Notes under the pieces: generated by a model | What the model saw: the letters and a program-made list of their open reading frames with translations, nothing else | The model's database searches: none | Told to the model about the DNA's origin: nothing | Made by a program: the position numbers and the translations under genes | Shown here: piece after piece, positions 43,742 through 55,700 of the stretch | How positions within the stretch are numbered: position 1 is the stretch's first letter | How the letters are laid out: every line of letters starts with the position of its first letter | DNA from: Macrostomum lignano | Lineage: Eukaryota | Length of the DNA: 64,000 bases | Direction of reading: 5' to 3' | Assembly (NCBI GenBank): GCA_002269645.1 | Contig: NIVC01002227.1 | Span: forward strand, 1,229 to 65,228

Positions 43742-46700
43742 CACAGACAGACAGACAGACACTAAGACAGACAGACAGACAGACAGAACCACGTTTACCT
43801 CAGGTATTCGTGAAGCTTGCACTATTCGATCAGAAATTTTCATGTAACAGTAAATTTGCCATGGCTAAGAATTTGCTCTATGCATCAGGAACTGACCCCC
43901 CCTCTGCCCCATCCCCGCCAACACTGACCTGCCAAATGATCGCTAAACGCTCCCGTCTCTGGCGGTGCTTCGGCGTTTGACTCCTGCTGTTTAGATGCGG
44001 TGCTTTGAGACTGCGGTAATGATAGAATCGGTTGCGGATGTTGCTGCTGCTGCTGCTGTTGATGCTGATGGTGGCCGCCTGTAGCAGACAGCGGACACAC
44101 GGCTAGCAGTAGTAGCTGCAGGAAATTCTCTGCCAAATCGTTATCAGCGCAAGACACGGCTGCGCGCAATAAGAAACTAATAATTGACTCTTTATTGTTG
44201 ATGGCGCTATCATCGGCAGCTGATAGTTGCTGCTGCTGCTGCTCCTGGAAGCAGTGCCATTGCCAATTGCCCGGCCTAGCGGTTGCCAAGGCTACGCAAG
44301 CTTTCAAACTATCCATGACAGACAGCAGCGATTGGTAGGACAGTTGAAGCTCTTCGCCAATAACGCCAACTTGAGCGCAGATTTGTCTAATCTGGCCAGT
44401 CTGATTAGCGTACGCGTGAAGGTCGCGCTTGCGCCTAACCAAGTCTTTGGAGTTGCCGGCGGCGGCCAGCAGAAGTCGGCGGGCCAGACGACGCACACAG
44501 GAGCCAGACGTCAGCTCGCACAGCTCGAGTACCAGGCGTCGCTGAAGTGCAACTGCAACTGGCCCCGATGCTGGCACAGCTGGGTAGGCAGACGGAATAC
44601 GAGCTCAGTAAGCAGCTGAGCATAGCCGCTGAGCAGGTCTGAGTGATGCTGTCTCACGTAGTCTCTGGATAGCAGAGGCCAGCAGTCTGGCAGGCGGTTA
44701 GGCAGTGCCAGACGGAGCACCGTAGCGGCTCCGCCACCTGGAGAGTGCTGCTGCTGCTGCTGCTGTTCGATGTGACCGCCAGATGAGCCTGCAGCGGCAG
44801 CGGCGGATGCTGCAGATGAAGACGAAGTGGTGACACTGTCGCCGACTAATTGCTGAGACCTGTTTTAATTTTTTTAGAAATATATATACTTAATTTTTAC
44901 TTGAAATTACGACTCATAGTACAATGTGATTCAAAATCTTATCATGGCCCAAAAATGGTAAAAAGCATTTGCGAAATCTCATATACCGCAGTCTAAAATC
45001 TCATACCGTAGTCTCAAAATCTCATACCGTAGTCTCAAAATCTCATACCGTAGTCTCAAAATCTCATAGCGTAGTCTCAAAATCTCATACCGTAGTCTCA
45101 AAATTTCATAGCGTAGTCTCAAAATCTCATAGCGTAGTCTCAAAATCTCATACTGTGGTCTAAAAATCTCATTTTAGACTCAAAATCTCATACTCTAGTC
45201 TTAAAATCTCATACCGTAGTCTCAAGATCTCATACACCGCAGTCTAAAAACTCATACCACAGTCTAAAAAGCTCATGTACCGCAGTCTAAAATCCCATAC
45301 CGTAGTCTCAAAATCTCATACTGTAGTCTTTAAGATCTCATACCGTAGTTTCTGAAGTCTTATAGAGAACTATAAATCTCTTATTTATATTCAGAGCTAG
45401 CTAACTAGAATCTGATATAGTAATCCCCTGCATAAAATCTATTACAAAATCCCTAATCACTACAAAAAGAAGGCACACAGCCCAGACAGTACAAACCTGT
45501 CCAATTCCTTAATACACGCCAGAGCAAAGTCTAGAAAGTTACTATCCGACTCAGCCGTGCTCAGCAGACGCTTCGCAATGAACTCGCCAACTTGGCCAGG
45601 CAGTTTAGCGGCCAGCAGTTCGCTAAGCAATCGAAGCACCATCAAGCATAGCTCGTTACGCGGCGTGCGCGTGCAAAAGCTAGCAGCCTTGGCCGGGCTA
45701 AATTTGGGCAGCAAGTCGAACAAAGCTTCTAGACAGTTGTTCACAAGCTCGTCATCTGCGGAGCCGGCAGCGGCGGCCGTCGTTAGAAGCGGATAGAGCT
45801 GCAACAGGAACGGCACGCAACGCGACTGGCCGCTGCTGCTGGCCAGCGGCTCCGGCAGACAGTCGCGCAGCTTAGCTAGAAGAGCCCGTCGGATAGCCAG
45901 GCTCATCCTCGGCTGCGGAGCTCTCCGACTTGATCCAGCTGAGCCGCCAACAACTGAGGCTGAGGCTGGCGCCAAACCCGAAGCTGAGTTACTGCCGCCA
46001 CCGCCGCCGCTTCTACCGACACCGCCGCTGCTGCTGACTCCGGCGACGGCTGCGTCGCTATCACCGTCCGACGTTGTAGCCCCGGTAGTGGCGGCGGCCG
46101 ACAGGGCTGGCTGGCTCTGGGAGCCGACAATATCGAAGCTGTCGGCAGAAGCTGTGGCGTCTAGCTCCATGGCGGCGGCCATGACTTCGTTGGCCAGGTG
46201 CATCTCCGCGGCTACGGCGGCGGCTTCCTCCTCGTCGACATCGTCGTCGTCATCATCATCATCGTCTTCGTCTTCGTCATCATCGTCGTCGTCATCGTCA
46301 TCATCATCGATATCGACGACGCCGTGGTGATGCTGGTGCTGCTGCAGCAGCTGGGCCATGTGCTCAGCGTCGCTGACGCCGCCGCCGCCGCCACCGCTGG
46401 CATTGCCAGATGCTCCCCCGGCGCCGGCGCTGCCGCCACCGGCAGCTCCAGAATTACCGCCGCTATTTCCAGACGATTGGCCTTCTTGCAGACTGAGCTG
46501 GATTGCCAAGGCCAGTTGGTCCTGTTGAATTATTGGTTAAATTGGGGGTTTGCTTGATGACTGCTTTAACACTGGTTGAAGGTGGCGCGGCAGAGCGGCC
46601 CAGCAACTAAGGATCTGGGAGGCTGGCCCAGCAACTGAGGATCTGGGAGGCTGGCCCAGCAACTGAGGATCTGGGAGGCTGGCCCAGCAACTGAGGATCT

Positions 46701-49700
46701 GGTAGGCTGGCCCAGCAACTGAGGATCTGGGAGGTTGGCCCAGCAACTGAGGATCTGGGAGGCTGGCCCAAAGCAACTGAGGATCTGGGAGGCTGGCCCA
46801 GCAACTGAGGATCTGGGAGGCTGGTCCACAGCAACTGAGGATCTGGGAGGCTGGCCCAGCAACTGAGGATCTGGGAGGCTGGTCCACAGCAACTGAGGAT
46901 CTGGGAGGCTGGCCCAGCAACTGAGGATATGGGAGGCTGGCCCAGCAACTGAGGATCTGGGAGGCTGGTGGCCCAGCAACTGAGGATCTGGGAGGCTGGC
47001 CCAGCAACTGAGGATCTGGGAGGCTGGCCCAGCAACTGAGGATCTGGGAGGCTGGCCCAGCAACTGAGGATCTGGGAGGCTGGCCCAGCAACTGAGGATC
47101 TGGGAGGCTGGCCCAGCAACTGAGGATCTGGGAGGCTGGCCCAGCAACTGAGGATCTGGGAGGCTGGTCCAGCAACTGAGGATCTGGGAGGCTGGTCCAG
47201 CAACTGAGGATCTGGGAGGCTGGCCCAAAGCAACTGAGATCTGGGAGGCTGGCCCAGCAACTGAGGATCTGGTAGGCTGGCCCAGCAACTGAGGATCTGG
47301 GAGGTTGGCCCAGCAACTGAGGATCTGGGAGGCTGGCCCAAAGCAACTGAGGATCTGGGAGGCTGGCCCAGCAACTGAGGATCTGGGAGGCTGGTCCACA
47401 GCAACTGAGGATCTGGGAGGCTGGTCCACAGCAACTGAGGATCTGGGAGGCTGGCCCAGCAACTGAGGATTTGGGAGGCTGGCCCACAGCAACTGAGGAT
47501 CTGGGAGGCTGGCCCAAAGCAACTGAGGATTTGGGAGGCTGGCCCAGCAACTGAGGATCTGGGAGGCTGGTGGCCCAGCAACTGAGGATCTGAGAGGGTG
47601 ACAGTCAAACCAGTCGGTTGCCAGTTCCATTCGCAAACACTGCAAACTTAAAGCAAACCTGATCGTCCATCTGTCCGCCATCGAATCCCTGAGCAACCTG
47701 CAGCAGAGCGGCGCCCAGATGCATGGGATCCTCGTCTTCATCTTCCTCTTCCTCCTCCTCCATCTCTTCGACGTCGCGCTCCTCCGCGGCGACCATCATA
47801 GCAGCCTGGTCGTCTTCGTCCATGGCTTCGTGATCGAATTCGGCCCCGGCTGCCACGGCGGCAGCGACAGCGTCATCGGCCAGCTCTTGGGCGGCAGCCG
47901 GCGCCGGGGGCGGCGGTGTCGGCGGAGCGGCCGCAGCCTCTTCAGCTGGCAGCTGCTGATCATGCGCCTGCTGCTGCTGCTGCTGCCTACGTTGACGCCG
48001 GTGAAGTCCCAAACGACGCGATCGACTGCCGGACGCCCCGGCAGTTGCACCGGCTGCCGACAAAGCCGACGAAGGCTCCTGTCCAGCCGACAGCGAAGCG
48101 GCGACACCGGCACCCTGACCAGACGGCTGTTGACGAAGCTCCTCCTGACTCTGCTGACGGTGTCGGTGCTGCTGCTCGCTCGGCTTCCTCAGCAGCTGGC
48201 CAAGCGCCTGTCGACAGGCGTGAGCCGCCTCGCCGCAGCGGTGCAACAGTAGCTCAGAGTAGATTGTCATCACCTGGTCGACTAGGCGGGCATCGGCTCG
48301 GCAGCAGGCGTGCAAGGTCTGCACCAGCGGAGCTACCAGACCTTCAACAGGCGGCGGCGGGCCGAGGCCTAACCGGTGCAGCCCGACAGAGTCGGCTGGT
48401 CGTTCAACTAGCGCGCGCTTGGCGCAGTCCCATAGCAACTGGACTAGATTTGAGCTGGCTAATAAATTAGATCCCGGCTGCGACATCAACAGGAGACTGT
48501 CTGGTCTGGATTGGCCAATATCGTACAGCAGGCTGACTAAGTGCACCACCAGCAGCTGGTCCACTGGCTGACTGCTGCTGGACATCTGTTGCAGTTGGTC
48601 AACGCAATGCCGAAGTATCGTAGCGTCCTTGGCCTGCGATAAGTTTAAAGCCGGGATTTTTTAAATAAAAGCGACTACTAATAGTAATAATCCCACCAAT
48701 ACTGTTCGCAGGCACGCAGTTGTACACACGCTCACACAGGGTGTACATCGGCCATGAAAAGATCATATATACACAAGATGGGCCACTCATTAATCGCTTG
48801 TGGCCATAGAAGCTAATGTAAAAAAATTGCATCTCGCGACAGCGCGAAAATGGGGGCCCATCACAAGCTCGAAAAATCACATCGTCGATAAGCATCCACC
48901 ATCACAAGCTCGAAAAATCACATCGTCGAAAAAAAGCAGAAAGCTCGAGTAGGGTTAGGGTTAGAGCTTGTGCCTTAGGGTTAGGGTTTAGTTTAGGGTC
49001 GGGGTTAGAGCTTGTGCCTTAGGGTTAGGGTTTAGGTTAGGGTCGGGGTTAGAGCTTGTGCCTTAGGGTTAGGGTGTAGGGTAAAGTTAGTTTTTTGGGG
49101 TTAGAGCTTGTGCTTTAGGGTTAGGGTTTAGGGTTAAGTTAGGGTTGGGGTTAGAGCTTGTCCCTTAGGGTTAGGGTTTAGGTTAGGGTCGGGGTTAGAG
49201 CTTGTGCCTTAGGGTTAGGGTCGGGGTTAGAGCTTGTGCCTTAGGGTTAGGGTTTAGGTTAGGGTTGGGGTTAGAGCTTTTGCCTTAGGGTTAGGGTTTT
49301 GGTTAGGGTCGGGGTTAGAGCTTGTGCCTTAGGGTTAGGGTTTAGGTTAGGGTCGGGGTTAGAGCTTGTGCCTTAGGGTTAGGGTCGGGGTTAGAGCTTG
49401 TGCCTTAGGGTTAGGGTTTAGGTTAGGGTTGGGGTTAGAGCTTGTGCCTTAGGGTTAGGGTTTAGGGTTAAGTTAGGGTTGGGGTTAGAGCTTGTGCCTT
49501 ACCTTACCAATACTACTGATAGTAATGCACAAATCAGATTAAAAAATAATCGCACCTTATGAAAATCTTTGGCTCCGGAGTGCACAGAGCGCAGATAGCG
49601 CAAAGCTTCAACGCAGATTCGTTTAGGCGCCGAACTGAGCAGCAGACTCTCGCATAGCGGCACGGCAGCTTCCCGGATAAGCGGCTGCTGCTTGCCGGCT

Positions 49701-52700
49701 GTCGCCAGAGCTGCCAGATTGCCGGCTGCCTCGAGGCCGAGCAGCAGCACCCGGTCGCGGCTGGTTGGCGCCGGCTCAAAAAACGACACCGACGTTGACG
49801 AGCGGCCACCGACGGCGTTGCCGGCAACCGCAGCTGAGGCGACGGTGGAAACGCTGGCGTCTGCAGGCCAACGAAGCGTAGATTTCTGCTGCACGTACAC
49901 CTTCACCGAGTCGATGATGGTGACAGCGTCGGAGTCGGCGCTTGGCCCAAATTTTAACGACACGCCAGAGTCGGAGGCGAGAATTTCCGACCGAGTGAAC
50001 GGCAGGTCGAACCAGCGCGGCCGAGTCATTCGCACAGGGATAATCCGGCCGTGCAGCTCTAGTGAGACGGGCACCCGTTCCAAGCCTAGCAGGCCCAGGT
50101 GAACCCGGATACCAACAATGGCCGATTGGGCTGGCCGGGGATTCTTAATAGTGAGCTCTCCGCCAGTGGATTTTGAGCAGGCAATATAATCACCCTGCGT
50201 TGTCAGGCGCTGTTTGAGTCGCTGGGCTGTGTAGCAGTGTAGAAAATCTGGCCCGCCAAATTCTACCGATTTCTCCTCTTGACAGGATTCGAAAAAATCT
50301 ACGGGCAAATTGGAAGCGTCTTCCAGGCTGGAATTGGCGCCGGCGGCCGGGGCAGCCGAGGCGCCAGACGAAGCCGGTGCGGCGCCAGTTGGAGCGCCGA
50401 AGCTGCGGCCAGACTTTAACAAAAAGACGCAAGAGGAACAATTTAGATTGCTTTCAGATTCTTAGAAAACCATCCTAACAACGGGCCTACATGTAGGTTA
50501 AGAGTCATTTGCGTCGCCCAGAACAATAACTGATTATTCCTGGCCTAATAGGCAGATGTGCAACCGACAGCTCAGCCGCAGCTATTGCGAGGCGCATCTG
50601 AAGGCTGCGTACGGCTGTTCAGTGTTCAGTGACTGGGCAGTCGCCACACACAGCCTCAATTACCCCAGCTAATTCTGGCACCCATTTTACAGCTGGGTGA
50701 ACTGAAGCAATGCAGAGTAAAGTGTCTTGCTTAAGGACGCAAATCGTTTCGGGTAGGTCCAGATTCGAACCCCCGACCTGTCAGTCGTGAGTCCGATGAT
50801 CTAACCACTAGTCTACAATCCCCTTCAGGCATGAGCACTATCTATACAAGTATGAGCACTATCTATATAATTATGAGCACTATCTATAACTATGAGCACT
50901 TATCTATATAATTATGAGCACCATCTATATAATTATGAGCACTATCTATATAATTATGAGCACTATCTATATAAGTATGAGCACTATCTATCATCAGCAT
51001 CAACAATAGAACAGGTATATAAATAGATAATTGACAGCACAACAGACTCACCTCCCAACGCGATCCTCTGCGCGAACCGGTAGCAGCGGACCAAGAGGCC
51101 AAGGCAGTGGACAATCTTGGATAGAACTCCGGCTGTAGCCAATACCCAGTCTGACTATTAGCAATAAAATAGAATCGAACAGAGCCATCCTCGTGCAGAG
51201 CCAGACAGGCGGTCAGCTCTGCATGATCAGTATTAGCAGGCTCAACCAGTTCAGCCGAGACAGCTGGCAGTCTGGCGCACAGGAATCCTGCAGAACGATT
51301 TGCCCGACTACCGCCGCCGCCGCCGCCGTTACCAGACGCGTGCAAATCCAAGCTAGCAATCTTGTCAGGCTCCAAGCTGATAAGCACAGGCGCTTGACTG
51401 CTGATCCTGATAGCTGTCAGCAGGCCGGGATGGCCGGGCACATCGCGCCAAGCTGTCAGCGGCGCCGCCGGCTTGGAACTAGCCGTACTATCGATGTCGA
51501 TACGGTGATGCTTGGCAGTCAGAACGCCACCGCTGCCGGGCTCACTGGAAATGTCGGCGGCTAGAGAAACTGGCACAGCGGTGCAGAAGGACGCTCCGCA
51601 AGTGTACGAGTGCAGCAGTACGCCTAGAGGTGCGCTGTAGTGCAACGACACACCGCCTTTGCCGCGGCTTTGCTGAGGAAAGTAATCAAGAGTTATAAAA
51701 ATTAGTCTACATTCTTTTTTCAGTAGTTACTTTCGCAGTGTCACTTAAATTTAATGTGACAACTAAGATTTTCTTTCTTTCCTCGGAGTTTGTAGCCTCA
51801 GAATCATATGGGTTTAAGAATGAACAACAAGCGTTTAACCCCATGTGCACAAGTGAACGCATGACGGACGAAACTCAGCTTAGGGGCAGGCCCAATCTAG
51901 CTCAGCCAATGAGAAAGCAGTTAGGAGAGAGGGCCAAAGTCAGACGGACGACACTCAGCCTAGGGGGCAGGCCCAATCTAGCTCAGCCAATGAGAGAGCA
52001 GTAAGGAGAGAGGGCCAAAGTCAGACGGACGAAACTCAGCCTAGGGGGCAGGCCAAATCTAGCTCAGCCAATGAGAAAGCAGTAAGGAGAGAGGGCCAGT
52101 CAGACGGACGAAACTCAGCGTAGAGGGCAGGCCCAGTCTAGCTCGGCCAATGAGAAAGCAGTAAGGAGAGAGGGCCAGTCAGACGGACGAAACTCAGCCT
52201 AGGGGGCAGGCCCAATCTAGCTCAGCCAATGAGAAAGCAGTAAGGAGAGAGGGCCAAAGTCAGACGGACGAAACTCAGCCTAGGGGGCAGGCCCAATTTA
52301 GCTCAGCCAATGAGAAAGCAGTAAGGAGAGAGAGGATCAAGGTCAGACGGAATAAACTCAGTCTAGGGGGCAGGCCCAATTTTGACTCAGCCAATGAGAG
52401 AGCAGTTATGCAGAAAGTAAAACAGTTTATCGGCCTGGATGGGGGTGGGGGCGTCGCCCCCTTTTTTCTCTTGCTTGCTATGCACACGCACTGGATTTTT
52501 TGTATAATATTTGGTGCTCTGTTAGCTAGTAAATAATACTAGTTCTTCAAGTAGTCACTAATCTCTAACTCACCTGATCTTTCGCTGAATCCCTGATCCC
52601 GGGCAGCGGATTAGCGAATTCCAAGCAGGTGGCAATAGTGAAAGCTCCGATACTCTCCGCGGCGCAGGTTGGTGCTAATTTCTGGCTAAAAATAGCGCCG

Positions 52701-55700
52701 TTAGAAGACATAATCAATAGTCTTGGCCCATCCCCGGCAGTTGAGCCAACAAACGTGGCATCCCGGATGCTGCCGGAGCCAATTAGAAAATAATACTGCG
52801 GACTGATAACGTCAAGGGCCGTATTGAAAATCTTCACGCAACTAGGCGTAACAATGGCCAATTCGGATGGAGAACCGGGCAGCCATATTGACTTGATAAT
52901 GTGTGTATTGGACTCTAGCGCCGTGGTGACTACCAGTACATCCTGAATAGAGCCGCTTCCAGTCAGCGTAATTAGGCGGCATTCGCGCAGGCCGCACACG
53001 GATACGATTGAATCGTTGGCCGGATTTGGCGCGATGTGCACCACCTGTGATCGAGTTGGGTTGTCATTCGAAACTTTGCAATTGAAGTAGCGATTTCATT
53101 AGCGATTTCAGTAGCGATGATGGAACTCATAATGATGGTTCAGTAGATGATGGTTCAGTAGATGATGGGTCAGTAGGTCAGCAGATGGTGGAACTCATGA
53201 TTATGACTCAGTAGATGATGGCACTTATGATGATGGTTCAGCAGATGAAAATGATGGGCCAGCAGCTGACAATGATGGGTCAGCAGCTGACAATGATGAT
53301 CCGGCAGCTGACAATGATGGGTCAGCAGATAAAAATGATGGCTTAGCAGCTGACAATGATAGGTCAGCAGATGCAAATTAAGCAAACTGTTCAATAGGTA
53401 TTGTCACCTGAAAGTGCAGCGTTGCGCAGTCAATAGGATTAGACAACAATTTCCGTTTCATAGCAGTCGCAGAAGTGGCCTTCTTGCCGTTGCCGCCATT
53501 GTTAGCAGACTTCTTATTGTTGCTATGCAGGTCATCATCTTCTGAATTGTGCATAGCAACAGCTTGATTAACCAGCGCCTTCAGCGATACGGTGCTAATC
53601 CTGCCCTGATCGCTGGCAAGAATCAGATTGTCGCATTGTCTACCGCACAACGGAACCAAAGGCACCCTAGCTAGATTGTGATTGGCTAGCAGGGCTTTCA
53701 ATTGTTGACCCTCTTCGCCGGAATAGGATAGCTTTAGTCTGTCGAATGCGCCATCGTCGCATTGGATGCTGGTGGTCTGGAGTTCGATTCACGTATTGAA
53801 AGACAAAATAAATATCATAATTGTTAACGCTACTTGAACTTCAATATTTTGGGTATTAGAACACACTTTAAGATCCTCGTGAAATAAATGAAATGCCAGC
53901 ATTTGTTGGTTGTGATCTACTGTAATGCATTGGCTCGTACTGTACTTGATCACACTCAGCTGTGCTTTTTGTGTCTACACTGTTATGCTTTATCTTCCCC
54001 CGCGCGCTGATTGGCTGCTCTCTCCTTCTACCTTCTACCTCTATCCCCCAATTTTTGTAACTCCTTGCTAGTCGTGCCCTCTCATTGGCTGTCAACCTAG
54101 TTTTCTACCCCACTCTATATGTAGTGTTCTACCCTCACCCCCCTACAGCCATTTTTTTTATTAGAGGCAGGGGGGTTGTGTGCACCCTGGCGCACTTTAA
54201 GCGACATAGGCACACAACCGGCGAGAGGCATTACTGCCCATTCCGCCGACTCCCCTGAGCAGGCATACAAGCGCGCGGATACGTACGCAGGCACACACTC
54301 ACACAGGAGTGTACAGCGGCCCTAACTTTATATTATCGTTAGGCATGTACACTTCACTGCGCTTTGGGGGGTTGGCTCTCAAGGCCGTTAATTGCACGAG
54401 CAGAGCCAAGCCGAGATTCCAATTCAGCCCCAAATTAATGTGACTGCACTTGGAATCGAGCCTGGGTCGCTGGCACACCAGAGCAGCTGCGCTACCGCTG
54501 GCTACGCCCCCCCCCTGCAGCCAATTCTCTCTCTCTCCTTCGAAGCCCACCTCAAATCTGTTATTCTTTAACGCGCGCGCGCCAATCACAAGCCGCCCCA
54601 ATAAAAACGGTACCTCAACCAACGAGCGGACCAGAGTCACTTAAGTCGCCTCAGAGTTATTCAAGAGTTGTTACAGGTAAAACATGCAAAACAGGAAAGA
54701 AGTGACTCTAGACGATTCTCAAATGACGATGTGTCACAGTGGAAATCGCTAAAGTCGTTTAAGCGTCAATTTGAGGAGTTTTATTGTCTACGACTCTGGG
54801 TGCGTCTATAACAACTCTGAGACCGTAGAGTTGCTGTAGAATAAAGCGAATCTGCATCAATTTAGAAATTAGAGTCGTATTTCTCATTTATGACAACTCT
54901 ATTTAGTCGATTGGAATTAGTAGAAAGTGAAGCGCTAACAAAACTCTTAGACGACTGACTCTTTTAACGATTCTGAAACGGTATTAAACGGTATTCCCAA
55001 AGGATCCTAGGTGTGATAAAACACACTGACAATGACTAACCAGCAGCTGGTCGCATTGCACAGTGACAATCTTCTCTCCGTTATAGAATCTATCGTAGGC
55101 CGACCCAATCCAGGCACTGTTGCCAACAGCCCTACGCTTGTAGATCTCTAGCAGAGGCTGGGCCAGGCGGCTCAACAGCCGATTAATCAGGGCCACGTAT
55201 TCCGGCTGCATCAGCAGCTCGCACAGGCTGTCACGGTGCGACTCTATCTGGCGGCGGAATTCGCTTGATCGAGTAGCAGACGACACTGTCGATGCAAGAT
55301 GGTGCGCCTGCGGCAGAGACGGCGGCGGTGGCGGCGGCGGAGGTGAAGCCTCGGCCTGCTTGGACTGCTGCTGCTGATGATGCCGTCGTCGTCTTGAAGC
55401 GGCAGCCGCAGCAGCGGCGGCGGCAGCAGAGGCGGCAGCGGATGCGCCGGACTTTCTGGCCGGTCGTGACGGCGGCGGCGCGGCGGCAGCTGCGGCGGCT
55501 GCAGCAGCGACAGCGGCGCTAGCGGAGCGCCGATTCAACGCCTGACAGAATGACTCGCCTTTGGCGCCGCAGTCGCAGAAGAAAGCGCCAAATTTGTTAT
55601 AAGTAAGATCGTGGCCACGGTGGCAGAGCCGGGCGCACACGGAACAGACGCCAACTCCGTCAACAAATTTGCAGGTATGACAATTATACCAGTGCTGATC

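Noticed and set aside
50750-50820. tRNA genes here and at 54440-54509
   Set aside because: They continue into SINE bodies and tails, and I could not fold a complete cloverleaf; treated as SINE heads.
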